The position numbers were made by a program, and so were the translations under genes. A stretch of 64,000 nucleotides of DNA from NCBI GenBank assembly GCA_009103225.1, contig RHPI01000277.1, forward strand, positions 642,074 to 706,073. The letters run 5' to 3'. Source of the DNA: Chlorokybus atmophyticus (Eukaryota > Plantae > Mesostigma and Chlorokybus algae). The notes beneath the pieces were generated by a model. It made no database searches, had not been told where the DNA came from, and was given only the letters and a program-made list of their open reading frames with translations. Positions within the stretch are counted from its first letter, which is position 1; each line of letters opens with the position of its first letter. Positions 1 to 13,190 of the stretch are shown here, piece after piece.

Positions 1-12
1 ACTGCCTGCCTG

Positions 13-1945
13 GTGAGTTCTGCAAGTTTCGCAGGTGACTATTGCCACGCAGTTCAGCAACTCAGTGACTCATCACCAGCAACGTACTGGATGATGCGCA
101 GGGGCTCAAGCTTCAACAAGGTGGAGAGTTACCTGGACCTGAGCAACTACCTGCTGGCGGCTTCATGGGGATATGACTGGCTGTACAGTGACCTGACCAG
201 TACGCAGCGCACGGCCGTGTGGAATGCGGTGCTCAACAACGCCTTCCTTCCCGCCCTCAACGCGTCCATGCTGCCCACCGTCGCAGCCCTGGTGAGTGCT
301 GCTTGCCACTGCACACATGTTTTGCTAAACCAAAGAAAAGTTAACTCACTCGTGGTGTTGGCATGCAGGACACAAATGTAGCCGTCAACTCGCTCACGGG
401 CTACGTTGTAGCGACCATAGTATTTGCGGAACGCAATATGACAATGTGCTAGCAGATTTTAGCAATGGCACTGCCGGGCATCGAGCGGCAGCTGCGCAAC
501 CTCAACCCGAGCGGTGCGTTCTTTGAGGGACCAATGTACGGAAGCTACATCGGATACAACCTGCCTTTCGCCCTCAGCACTTTGAAGACTGCTCTCAACA
601 ACGACTTTGGCTGGAGCTCCTTACCCGCGCTGATGGTATGGACAAGGTGATAGTGTGAGCTTCCGCACATGCACAGCTGCCTAACGCTACAATCATGTGC
701 CGGCTGCTGCGTACTTCCGCATTCAATGCTTGAGCCCCGGTGGCAGCGTCACATCGTTTCAACTTTGCGGACGGAGGCGACGACATCAACTCGATGCAGC
801 TGAACTACTATGCTGCGGCCCAAGTGAACGACACCTTCGTGCCCTCACGAATACAACCTCCTTGTCACAGGCCTGTTCTTCCGCGTATTCTGGACAAACC
901 CCAACACGTTCAATTCAACGGTGCAGCCGAATCCACTACCCATGGATGTGCGCCATCTCGGGATTGATGCAGACACCGCGTTTATGCGCACGACATGGAA
1001 CAGCAACCGTACCGCATATGTTGCCGTGAAGGCTGGGTGGAATCCTGCATCAAATGAGAGCAACCATGCGCATCTTGACTTGGGGGATCGTTCGTGTTTG
1101 ACAATGATGGCCAACGCTGGTTCATCGACCTCGGCTCTGACAGCTACAGCCTGCCAAATTACTTCACGCCTGGATACAAGTACCGTTACAGGTAAGAGAC
1201 ACCGTAACTTGCTTACTAACTGCAGAGCGTCGAGTCTGCTGCCATGCTTACTGTCATACTCAACAATCTATCGCACTTGCAGTTACTACCGCACACGCAC
1301 GGAGTCTCACACAACACGCTGGCGGTGAGCAACACGACGCAGAGCGCCCTGCTGTGTGCAAACCAGTTGCTGGGCGTACCAGCGTCGCTGTCGGTGCCAT
1401 ACTCCACCTCGAGTCGCTCACACACCATTGTTAACCTCACAGAGGCATACAGCAACGCCACGAGCGTCAGGCGCGGCATCGCACTCCTCAAAGACGTACC
1501 TTTCCCGTACGCTAGGCTTCTTGTGCAAGACGAGGTGAGCATCCGCATGACAAAACTGCACTGCGCGCAGACTCTACAAGGAGATGTGTGGCAATGACTT
1601 TGTCTTGGCTGCACATAGGTGTCCTTCAAGACTCCCATGGATGTCATAAGCATGTTCCACACGCGCGCCACTGTTGTGGTGAGTGGCACAGACGCCACCC
1701 TTACACAGGGGAGTTCACAGCTGCAGGGGCGGATTCTCCGTCCCGCCAACGCGTATTCCACCACCTTCTCTACAGACCCCGGCACGATGAGCCCCGCCCG
1801 GCCGCAGGAAAACAACAACGCGGGCGTCACCAACCTGGTTGTACGCATGCCAGTCTCCACCAACACAACGATTGTAGTGCTCTGGTCCAAGAGCCTTACG
1901 GATGCGCCAGTGCCTCAAGTACAGCCGCTGTCCAAGTGGCAGTAG
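13..1945 (+). pseudogene. Heparinase II/III-like polysaccharide lyase, spliced, disrupted (5' part outside the window)
   Basis: Joined frames give GAFFEGPMYGSY, RFNFADG, FMRTTWNS..YVAVKAG, NHAHLDLG/SFVFDNDGQRWFIDLGSDSYSLPNYF and YYRTRTESHNTL, typical of heparinase II/III-family proteins. There is an in-frame TAG at 450-452 and several frameshifts (~750, ~840, ~1085, ~1310). GT-AG introns are present. Confidence 0.75.
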
Positions 1946-2294
1946 TGTGTGCCAGCTGGTAGCCACAAGCAAACAGAGACTTTGCCAGAGATTTAACTGT
2001 AATTGATGCACCATGTACCAACAGCACCATGGTTGTGATTGACAGTTTGCTGAGGAATAAAGATGCAAGCGCACACTTTGTGCGCTTGTTACCGCTTAGC
2101 TGCTGTCCTGCATAGCATGCGCTTGCTTCTTACACACGCACCTGCCCATGGTTGACGCATTGCAATGTGGCCGCAGCGACTTGTGATGAGTCAGTCTTCT
2201 ACAATAACAGCAGTCTGGGATCACACCGACACTGATCGCAGTCACAGTTTTAACGGGCAGGTAGCAATTGTGCCGCACTGACGCGCGCGCGCAC

Positions 2295-2296
<2 letters not shown>

Positions 2297-2381
<85 letters not shown>

Positions 2382-2549
2382 NNNNNNNNNNNNNNNNNNN
2401 NNNNNNNNNNNNNNNNNNNNNNNNNNNNNNNNNNNNNNNNNNNNNNNNNNNNNNNNNNNNNNNNNNNNNNNNNNNNNNNNNNNNNNNNNNNNNNNNNNNN
2501 NNNNNNNNNNNNNNNNNNNNNNNNNNNNNNNNNNNNNNNNNNNNNNNNN

Positions 2550-2599
<50 letters not shown>
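2297..2599. repeat. (AG)n microsatellite spanning an assembly gap (N 2382-2549)
   Basis: Directly visible; true length unknown. Confidence 0.98.
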
Positions 2600-2601
<2 letters not shown>

Positions 2602-3566
2602 CGTGTTGGAAGGCACTGAGCACTTACCCGCGCCGTTTGCCCGACTTGCCCGACTCACATAATCTATAATCCTTATACTGATCACTGTCAATATACAGCT
2701 CACACCGTCCATCAGACTTTTCGCCTTCAAAATTTCAATGCCGGTGGATGTAACCTACCTTCGTGTGCGTAGAACTCATTAGCGTAAAGCACTGATTTAT
2801 GAAGCTGCGTTGAACTTGTTCTGTTCATCATGATGGTGTCCGCCGTTTTACAGTGTTACAAGCCGTGCATTTGCCTTGGGCATTGTTGTACCTATGTATC
2901 GGCTTCAAACAACTCCTGACTTGCTTCGCATGTGGATGTTACACAAAACTCCAACATATGTTCAGATACGTCACAAGGCACAACGACTCTGCCTTTCAAA
3001 ACTGTAAACTGATCAGATGTATGCCTGTGCACACGTTTGCACAAAAGAACAGCGTGGGAATTCACTGCGTGCAACACATACCAGACAGCATGCACAACAC
3101 AGCACCGCCAGCAGCTGCATGCCACTGGCCTGCGCCATATGCAACATGACACACACACATACGCACCTTGAACACAACCACCGGGCTGAACTATGTTCAC
3201 CATCTACTTCTACATCTACTACTACAACTACCCCACCCTGTCATGCATGCATGCAATCCTCAGAGGCAGTCACCTGCACATGGCCGTTGTGCGTGCGCGC
3301 CTGACCATGTGTGCACGTGCATGTGTGCTCGTGCGCGCGCACGTGCGGCTCTGGTTTGTTGCGGCTTTTGACACAGGTGAACTGGAAGCTACTTGACGGG
3401 CTGGTGCTTGTATGCATCTTTACATCATGTACGGGCACCCAGTAGTTGGGTGTATGTGCCACATTGGCAACTAAGGTCATACACTGACGAGCACAGGGCC
3501 CATATCTAAAAATCAGATAATTCAGTCATAGTCATCCTCTACTAATGTAACGCATCTGTTGTTACG

Positions 3567-6500
3567 TTATCTCAAAACAACGCGCTCCGAAGCTTCCAGG
3601 TACTCCGCAATGAAGCGACCAATATCGGAAGAATACGTTACAACCGCGCTATGCACAAAACCCTACAACATGGCCAAAAAGTTGTCATTAAACCACTGCT
3701 TCTGTCCTGCGCTGACGCTTAGATGACCGCCTGCAGCCTCCAGCTCAGTCCTGTTCAGCAGCGTGTTGTACACCGAAGCCACATTTTCGCGCAGGTTGTG
3801 CTCTTCAGGATGGCTCGTGATGTCCGCAGTGGCTGTCTCGCTGTCGGACACAAGCAGAACTGTATTGCACTGCACATGTCGTTACCGCTCGAGGGCTAAC
3901 ACTACAACCATATACTCAACACTTGGGCAGTATTTGTCGTCCCAAGCTTTGTCGGTCTGGCATATAAGAATGCCAGCTACATTCTTGGAGGGCTCCAAGT
4001 GGCCTTCAAACTGCGCCAAAAGCCGATCCACTAGCCTTAACATCCTCTCATGAGGAACGAACAGTTGCTGTGTAAGAATACTGTACAGCATGAACAATCT
4101 ATCTAGCTCATGGGCCAGGTCAACATCAGCCTCCGAGTCCATGTAGACAGCCTTTGCAACTTTGAGCTCTCAGCACCCAAAGCCTGTCTGAGAAAGCTAA
4201 ACGAGGGATAGGGAAAGTGGGATCAACACTATGTAGTTGGGTAGTCATTGAGGCGGCTCAGCTGCTGCAGAAAATTGTGAACTGGCGCCCTCCTGACTAC
4301 GTGGATGTGCGAGATGGTGTCCTCAAGCTGCTGCTCTCTGTCGGGATGCTGTGACAGCTCGCAGCCAGTCAGGTTGGGTACATAGCAACGGAAGTTGGCG
4401 GGGACACATCCTTCGAACATACGCTTCTGCTCGGGATCAGGCCACAACACCACAGTGCGGCCTGTGTGGTAGCCAGCGAGCAGCAAGCGCAACCAATAGA
4501 GCATGTTGGACAGCAGGCCTCCTCGCCACGGGCGCACGACAAACCATCTCACTGCTGTGCACTTTGAGGGGTACTGCTGAAGGCGAAAGGCATCCGCTGA
4601 TGTTGTCAGTGTTGGCGGTCCATTGCAAATGCGTTGTCGGGAATGGGTGTGCTTCTCATTACGCAGCAATGCAACCTTGATGGGAAGAATGGCAGCTCAT
4701 GCATGCAGCCTGTCCGTCTGCAGCTGATAGCACATTCTATCGGCATGAACGGCAACCTGATGGGTGAGGGAATGCTTGCGACTGATGGCGATTGCACAAA
4801 TAGTGCACGCGCTCAAACTCTAAGTGCAGCACGCGTGCAACTTGTACCTACACCGCTGGGTACTTACAAGCGTTGGTTTGTGCGGGGCGTTTCAGTGTGG
4901 GAATGGCAGGTTGCGGGGCTAGTGGCCGCCTGCTCAACAACTCACCCAGGTTTACGCATCGTAGGCAGCCTGCACACAGAAAGCCTGCAAGAAGCGCGTG
5001 ATTGCGCGTGAAGGACAACAACTGCAACGATGAAGCAGACCCCGGGCAAAAGAGTTACGCATAGCAGTAGCACACAGCCAGTATAGAATTGAATTGTCAC
5101 CCATCAACAACGCGGCAGTTGATCTTCCTACAACCTGCCACCTTACTGCTCAGCGTGGCAGCTATGGTAAATGCTAGTACGGCTGACAGGCTTAGCACAA
5201 GATACGCCCGCCGAGGCAGTCGTTCAAAAGACTGAGCAACACCTTGAAAAGCCCCTTAACCTAGCAACATGTATTCGGTCGGCGTATTAGTGTGGGGTAC
5301 ATGTGGCCCTACAAACAAGGAGAAATCACATGTTACACATTATATACTACGATAGCATCACTCGGTGCCGCTTCACGGGGAGCGTCCGATCATCGAGCAG
5401 CGCTGCGAAAGGTGTGCCGAGAATGCAGGAGACGCCTTGCAGCCTATCCGTCTGCAGCTGATAGCACAGTTGTAAGAATTGGAATCGCGATTGAGGGAGG
5501 TAGGGAATGCTTACGAACGATGCGACACTGAGTGCATGCGTGAGATCAATCTCTGTGAGCAGCATGCATGAAAACTATCTACACTGCGGATACTTACATG
5601 TGTTGGTTTGTGCAGAGATTTTCTATCTGGGATTGGCAGGTTGCGGGGCTATTGGCCGCCTGCTCAACAACTCACCCAAGTTCACGCATCGTATGCAGCC
5701 TGCACACAACGAGCATGTAAGCAGCGCAATGCGTGGTAACCATAACAAGGTAACAACAACTGCGACGTTGGAGCAGACCCCGGGCGAAAGAGCGTCGCGT
5801 AGCAGAACGTAGAACGGCAAAGCATTGGGTTGCTGCTCATCAACAGTGCCGAACATAACTATAATATGCCATCTTGCTGTCAGCATGGCAGCTATGGTAC
5901 GTGGAAGTAAGGCATACCAGAAACAGCCAGGCAGCATGCACTGATTCACACAGAACGACATTCACGGCCTGTCCACTTGACAATCACCTTGCTATGCTAC
6001 GAACTAACATCAAGCAGCATGCAGATGCATGTGTGTGTTTAACCATTGGTGAGGTGGCTCCGTGCATGTTACAACTTGGCGGTTTGCATTTCCAGCAACA
6101 GCTCGTTATACGTTAGCAACACAGCAGCGCAAGCCTGGCGCTGAAAAACGTGTTGATGAACAAGACTCTAGTACTTTGACATTTTTTTTACATGTTTCCA
6201 TGATCAGCACTTATATGGAGGTTACACTGTGATCCAAGCAAGCAAGCAAGCAGCATGCTGGGAATTGCGTGCATCAAGCCACCTGCTACGCAACAAGTAC
6301 GGGGCAACCAACCGGGCCAGCAAGCAAGCAAACATGTTAACTATCGATCACACCAGCTACAAACCTTTGATACTGGCCTGCTGCTGGTAGATCTGCAGGT
6401 CGTGATAGCTGGGTAGCTGCCCCTGCGCAGCTGCGGCCGCCACCCACCTGTACGGCCCAGCACCCAGCAGCGTCGCCCCTACCACCGCCAGCAACGCAAT

Positions 6501-6581
6501 GCCTCCCAGCAGTGCGGCAACCAGCGCAAGACGCCTCATTCTGACGCTGCTGCTGCTGCTTGGCCTGGTGGCCGGGCGCAT
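3567..6581 (-). pseudogene. Alpha-1,6-fucosyltransferase (FUT8/GT23)-like glycosyltransferase, disrupted
   Basis: N-terminal type II anchor (MRRLALVAALLGGIALLAVVG), then QQYPSKCTAVRWFVVRPWRGGLLSNMLY, a degenerate HIRRTDK motif (ILICQTDK...VEYM), VLLVSDSE and VVTYSSDIGRFIAEY, collinear with GT23 motifs. In-frame TAG at 3663-3665 and a frameshift near 4200. Confidence 0.6.
4860..6000 (+). repeat. Degenerate direct duplication (period ~730 bp) inside the large intron of the GT23-like gene
   Basis: GCAGGTTGCGGGGCTA.TGGCCGCCTGCTCAACAACTCACCCA.GTT.ACGCATCGTA.GCAGCCTGCACACA occurs at ~4906 and ~5636, with further matching blocks downstream of each copy. Confidence 0.75.
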
Positions 6582-7978
6582 TGCCGGTTCAGAGTGACGT
6601 GAGAGTGAGAAGCCTGGCGTGGTCACCAGGCCAACACCAGGCCCTGGTGTGCAATGACACTTACGATCCGAGTAAGCATATTGAGTACATGTTGTACACC
6701 AGTAAGCATACCGAGTAAGCATACCGCGTAACAAGCAGCACAGTCGTACATGCATCATGATCATCTAAATGCCGCCATACATGAATATTTATAGATGCGC
6801 GCGCTGTACAGTGAGTCCACGTCGCATGTTCATACAATCATGCCTTAGCAATCAACACATGTATTAGTTATGAAATTGCAATGGGCCTATACTAATGCAC
6901 ACAAGCACACCAGGGATTGCTCAGCAGACCACAACAAGGTATGACATGAGCTGTCACACTCGGTCGTATCTCACCTACGCTAAGTACTCTATCTAAAAAC
7001 TTGACGATGCTTATCGCCCGGGGGCATCAAGTTGGCATCGTGTGCACACGATACCTCCCTCTTGTTAGGGATGATGTCAACATGGGCTAAGTAGCGCCCT
7101 GGTGAGACTCCTATCATGCATTCCTAAAAGGGTCTTTCAATGAGATTGTGAAGCGTTCAGAAGTCTTGTGTTGCTTGAGATCATTGGGTGCTATCATCAC
7201 CATATTCCAATATCTTTCAGGCATATCTTCCGCATAGCTGATGATGTCATGCATCAAACACTCCCGCGACATTTGCCACGCTTGTGCTGTAATTGCCGGT
7301 GGACGAGGCACTTGACATACACTAGCAGCCACCACAAATTCCTCCACGGCACGTGCGTCTCATTATAAATCAGTGCTTGGATCGCTACCGTTACCACCTG
7401 CCAACGTACATACTTTTGTTGTCGCGTGCCACATTATATTCGCGTGAACGAGAAGCGTGAGCAGCATGGCATCGAGTAGCTTCTTGTGCTACATTGTACA
7501 CGGGCGCTTGTGAGAAGCTGAAAAAAGTGTGAGCTGGTAGATGCTTAATGCAAACTTGTGCGCGACCCTGACGTTTTGGTAACGGCGGTTGGTTGGCACA
7601 TAGAATACGCGGAAGAAGAAGTCATGAAGCTCAATATAAAAGCTCTGTGTGTCTCGTAGTCGTGGTGCGGGACTCTGCAGCAGCAGTGATACGATGGCCC
7701 TTGAGTGGGGGCTTGAATGACTATAATTTCTACGAAAACCTCAACATGTAAGCGCCTTTTGCTTACATGGCCTTGTGGAAATGCTTGACGTAACAAGCGG
7801 AGTCCCGCACCACAACTGCGACACACACAGGTAATGATGAGCGTCAGGTGTCGCACAGTGTCATTGTTGAACAGCATACAGAGGACTGACTCATGCATGC
7901 ACACACACATGATATTGCATGCAAGCAGACGTGTGTTGAATGTGTTGATGTGAGAAGCACATGTTTAGTGTTGCTTGA

Positions 7979-9124
7979 CTACAACGAAGGCAACTTGCTC
8001 TTGAAGAGCAGAGCATGACTTCTCGGGGAGACGAGGTAGCGTCTGCGTGCAAGGACAGCATTGACCATTCGCTTGGCGCAGTCATTTGCCTCGACCATGG
8101 GCATCCACACCTCGCTGTGCTCCTGTTTGTGGACGGACACACAACAACATGAGAAAGGGTGTACTGCTACGTCAACCAATGCAAAGATGCTTATTGACAT
8201 TCCCCGCACCTTTGCTCTCTCGCGCAACTCTTCCATGCATTTGTGCCCGTCAGTGATCTCCGTCTTGACTCACCCGGGGCACGCCACAGTGACGCCCACC
8301 ATGCCAGACAGCTCGATGCGCAAGGTGTCGAAGAAGTTGATGAAGGCGGCTTGTGATGCGTGTACAGCGATTGGTGCAGGAACGGGATGAACGCGGCCAC
8401 GGAGGCCGTAATGAGGATCTGTCCTTGCGTGCGCTTGAGGGCTTTCGGGGCACGGTGGGTTGAGTACACAGCTCCCAAGAAGTCCACGTCCAGGATGTCC
8501 TTGAAGCCCTTGGTGGAGTTGGCCTCCTCGAACAGGAAGGAGTGATCAGCACCCGCGTTGAGGCAATGGAAGTCGACGCCACCGAAACGCTCCATACACT
8601 CGCACACCATCGCCTTGCACTCATCCTCACGTTTCACATCTGTCACGCGCACAGCCACGTTGGGACTACCAGGCGTGCAGCCTCACGCGCCACCTCTCAC
8701 ATGATGCAATGCACACGCGTGTGCATGTTGTGTCTCAAATTGCTGCGACACCCACCCCCACACTCACTCACTCACACACTTGCAGCATGCTCTCGTAACG
8801 TGCGCACACGAATACCTTGAGCCTGCGCCGCGCAAACTTCTTGGCCAACTCTTGACACTCACATACATATCAACACGCAAACCCACCAACAACGGTTGCA
8901 AGGCCACACATGCATGCAAGGGGAGAGAGACAGCTTGCCTTGCCGATGCCTGATGATGCGTCTATGTTAAGTGCGACGCGAGTGCGCGGATCGATGCCAA
9001 CAAGAGCGGCCACGAAGGCAGAGTGCGTGAGCCACTGCCACACGTACAGCGGGATGAGGCACAGCAAAGCCGCAGACCACAGGATGTAGCTCAGCAGCGT
9101 GTCAACCAGCATCACCGGCGCCAT
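7979..9124 (-). pseudogene. Short-chain dehydrogenase/reductase (11-beta-HSD/steroleosin-like), disrupted
   Basis: Hydrophobic N-terminus, degenerate VAL..DASSGIG, DVKREDECK..FGGVD..LNAG, DVDFLGAVY, GQILITASVA, and after a frameshift AAFINFFDTLRIEL..VTVACPG*VKTEIT. One frameshift near the YxxxK motif and one TGA stop. Confidence 0.8.
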
Positions 9125-9316
9125 CATTAAACAGTTTGAGGAAGCACAGCACAGGTACAAGGAGGGCAACAGCAAGGGTGTGCTGGACTACTACAGCAAC
9201 ACGACCGCGTTGTCTCTAAGCGACTACTGATGCTGCAAGCATACATATATGGGCAATTCTGTGAGGGGGTTGAAAAGCAAGCTATCCGAAGGTCAAGACA
9301 TGGAGAACAGTGCCGC

Positions 9317-9381
9317 ACATGTTGACCTCCTCCTTCCTTGTCCAACGCGGCGTTGGACAAGGAAGGAGGAGGTCAACATGT
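9317..9381. repeat. Perfect inverted repeat, 32-bp arms with a 1-nt spacer
   Basis: ACATGTTGACCTCCTCCTTCCTTGTCCAACGC-G-GCGTTGGACAAGGAAGGAGGAGGTCAACATGT. Confidence 0.97.
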
Positions 9382-10346
9382 TCACTTGTTCACAACGCCG
9401 TCGATGTCGGAGTGTGTCATCGTGTCATTGCGCCAGGCATTGAAACACACAAATCGAGAATTGTTGTCGCTTGTACAAGAAGGTCTTGTCTTGACCGAAT
9501 GGCTTTTGTATGATGATGGCCATCATACATGACAAAAGAGTACAAACCTTTTTAAGTGACGGGGCAGGCTGACAAGTGGTTATCATCACCGCGCGCCTCT
9601 TTCCTGTGCGCGCATAACAAGACATGGTTCTCTGTCAAAAGCTGTTAAGCATCGCCGATTGTGCCACAATGACTACATGACAACAGCGTGCGCTACAACA
9701 CTACCTCTCTAAGCTTTGTTAGGGCTCGACTGCTGACACGGAGAGTCTGCATGAGGGGCGGTGGTCTTGGCCTGGGCTAGGATAAGATTAGAGAGCAGCG
9801 GCGTTGGTGATCACTACTGCCTCGTGCTGCTGCTGGTGTCGAAGGTTGTGAGGATGCGCAAAGCTGTATACCGCTTCACCCCCCCCTCCTCCTCCGCCTT
9901 GTTGGTGATGCCCTTGTCGTAACGACGGTGGTCGCTAGCCATCCGCTCCGCGCTATACCGTGACACGCACTTCATCGCCTCCATCAGGCGTGCTTGATGT
10001 GTGTGTCTGATGCAACTTGCAGCATTGCATGGCTAGCATCGGCGTTGCCTTGTGTGGTCGTCCATAAGGCATCTCAACGGAATGGAAATGCAGGCATGCA
10101 TGCATTCCTATTCCGTTGGCATACACGTTGGCGCATTCAGTGTGCCAACAAGGCAGCTGGGGCTGGATCTTGTCCCTTGCGCGCAACACGGTTGGTGTGC
10201 TCTGTTGTTTGCATGTAAGGCCCTGCGCATGTTGAGCCCCCTTCAGCTCCTAGAGATGAGCGTGGTTGTCATGATAGTGGTGTTATCAATGCCCAAATGC
10301 TTAGGTACCAGCAACGTCCGGGAGAAGTGAAGATTTCGGGGGCGAT

Positions 10347-11099
10347 CGCCGCAAAATGTTTCCCCTGCCGGCCGACTGAATGTTGGCAACGGCCGTGCAC
10401 CTGAGAATACTTATTTAGACTGTCGACCTTCAGTCTACTGGCGATTTCGATACAAGGACCAAAGCATAACGGCCGTCACCATTAATTGGCGGCCGTCTGC
10501 ATAAAGGGACTGGTCCTAATTAATACGTACCTGTCAGGTACTCAACGGTTAAGCAAAGGGGACTTGACCTAACTAACAGGTAACTAGCCGGTACCTATCA
10601 GTTAGGTACCAGCGACTGTACGCTAAATGAGCGAAATTGTCAGGTACCCCAAGGTACCTACCGTTAATGATGTGTACCTTTAAAGGTACATGCTAGTACC
10701 GCTCAGTCATGATTAGGTGTTACACGTGATTGTCGTCATTTGCTGTGCGAGAATGCGTGCCAAATAATAAAAATAAATAAGTAAATTACAATGTAATACA
10801 CTGAGCTACTACTACTACCGCTAGTACAACTAGACTACCACTACTGCTACCATTACCACTACTGCTACTACTACCTTAGGTACTACTGCTAGTACTACCC
10901 TTGTATTGAGCTGCGGCTCCTGCACCGCCCGCTCAAGCTCCGCCGCCGCCATTCCTTCTCTGCCGCCGCGGCCGCCGCCTCGCCTGGTCTGGCCTAGCCT
11001 GGTCTGGCCTGGCCGCTCTAAGGCAAGGAAGGTGGTTAGATGGCATGCGGTGTTGCGCGTAGTACAACGTCAGACAGCAACCAAGCTCACCTACTGTTA

Positions 11100-11132
<33 letters not shown>

Positions 11133-11925
11133 CACAACGCTCTATTCAACTTGAAGCCGTTGAGCATTTGAATAACTTGGGCAGCCCAAGTTATTTTCAA
11201 ATGCGTTGTCGAAACGTGACTCGTAACGGCATTATCATATTATTATAATAATACAAAAGTACCATTGTCGAGATGGCACTATCGTACCATTAGTACTAAT
11301 GGTACGATAGCCTATAATGAGTGCCATTGCGACAATGGCACTGTTCGTACCTTTGACATGGTACGGCGGCTGCATTATACCAGCGTCTCGACTTGCCGGC
11401 CGGTACCACCGTCCCGACTTGCCGACCTTTAGGGACCGGCGGTCACTTGCTTATCATACTTGACACACAATAAGTGCGTCGCCGCCACATTAAGTGCACG
11501 ACCGGCGATCGGCCATCAAATAATAAACGCGGTAAGGTCACCTGATAGGGACTAACGATGACTGGCTTGCCAAAGTAGGCAGGCCGTCGCGCGTACTTTG
11601 CGACGATCAGGGTACGACCGATGGTGGGCCGTTTCTGTATGTGACCAAAACGTGACTTATCTGCTATACGATAGGTCGCCATCGCGCAAATGGGACGACC
11701 GGCAATCGGCCGTCACCTTAAAGTGCGGTGTTGCCGTCACAGGCAGGCCGCCGTCGATTGTACTTATCGGTCGATCGCTTGCCATCGGTATATGTTGCTT
11801 GATAGTTACGGCCGTCCTAAAAAGTCCCTTTATGGACCAATCCGTTACGTCAGGTAGGGTTAGGCAGGGTCAGGCACCCGTCAGTCCCTCAGTCCCTTGT
11901 CAGTCACCGTGTAAAATTTGCGATG
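10347..11925. mobile_element. Non-autonomous TIR element (MITE-like, family A, copy 1), putative 2-bp AT target-site duplication
   Basis: Ends CGCCGCAAAATGTTT... and ...TAAAATTTGCGATG form an imperfect TIR, flanked by AT on both sides. No ORF of note. Collinear homology with 37588-38857. Internal hairpins and CTA/GCC tracts. Confidence 0.75.
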
Positions 11926-13190
11926 ATGTCCTTGATCAAGTGTGTTTGCTCTGCCTGTGCGTGCGTGCGAAGTTTGTGCGGTGGAGGGGAGTGCATTGTC
12001 TACTGAATGCAAAGATGAGCGAGTGAGTAGGTCTTCCTTGCATGCATGCAACGGGTTGGTTGTCTCAGCAGATGCATTACGCGCACGCACACATGCAGCC
12101 TGATCTTTACGTGCTTGCTGGTGGCCTCCCGCTCAATATTCGCTGTGACTCGCAATCATCTTGATAAGAGACTTACTGTGGCAACAGGCATTTGCCACGT
12201 TGTCTACCTCCTGAATCCTCCAAACTGCAATGCAAGCGCAATCGGGATCCTGCCCAGATAGCACACCATCATCACAATGCGCACATGCCCACTCTCCGCA
12301 ACCAGGGGGCGTTTAAGGTGCCGCACGGCGTGCGCCGTAAATCGGTGCACGGGGAAGGCCCTCGCCATCAGCAAACAAGCCATGCGCATGCGGTAAGACA
12401 ACACATGTGTGGTCCACACCACACGCACAAGCGCACGCGCACATACAGACTACACACGCACGCGAGCGCCCACAAATACTCATTCACTCATTGCTGGCGT
12501 GTGCAGGGGTAAAGACTTGGTGTTCTTGCAGAAGGAGGTATAGTTTCCGTCACATTTTGCTGGTTGCAACAGCGTGGTGAGGATGCACGGGGCTCACGAG
12601 AATGCCAATTACATCTACATTGTCACGGAACTCTTCAGCCGCATCGCCTCCACATAGAGGCTGATTCGCGCATTGCCACTTTCCTGATGTCCATCGTCCG
12701 CGCACCAAACCCCTGGGTCTATTGGGTGTGTATCAAGATGCCATGCAATGTTGCCCGCATGCACGTGGTGTGTGTGAGATTGCAAGGTGAGACGGAGAGC
12801 AAAGTGCTGGTCACATGTGCACCTTTCATCAACCCCTTGCACCAAGTATTGAGAGACTGCTATGTTGCGCCTTCTCTTGGTCTGCTCAAACAAGACGTTG
12901 GCAAGTGTTCGTGACCTGTCGACAAGAAGTCAATAGGTACATGGGTTAAGTTACACTGCCTTCGTCGTTTGACGCAACGCAAGAAGACTTGGAGTCACAA
13001 AGGTGGCTGCTGCGTACAATTGCAACGGTGTACATCACGGCAAGCACACGGCTTGACGACCAAGGACCAGATATAGTCCTTTCACGGACCCCGCTGACCA
13101 TACATGGTCCGTACTCCGCGGGCCAGAACTGCCTGGTCCGCGGGGGACGGACCGTTCCTGGTCCGTTCGGAGCCCAATTCCTGGTGCGTA

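Noticed and set aside
1216-1890. Long minus-strand ORF (likewise 28339-29016, 54776-55207, 58642-59094, 60499-60960, 62875-63303)
   Set aside because: These are antisense or alternate-frame shadows of recognised coding regions with no motifs of their own.
2096-2730. ORFs with poly-LS / poly-ER tracts
   Set aside because: These are translations of the (AG)n microsatellite and N gap.
9700-10000. Possible gag/ORF1 remnant on the minus strand
   Set aside because: Short, interrupted by stops, and with no recognisable motif.
12615-12893. Possible 2OG-Fe(II)/TET-JBP fragment (WHLDTHP, HxD-like)
   Set aside because: Only an isolated HxD; no convincing distal His or Arg motif could be joined in frame.
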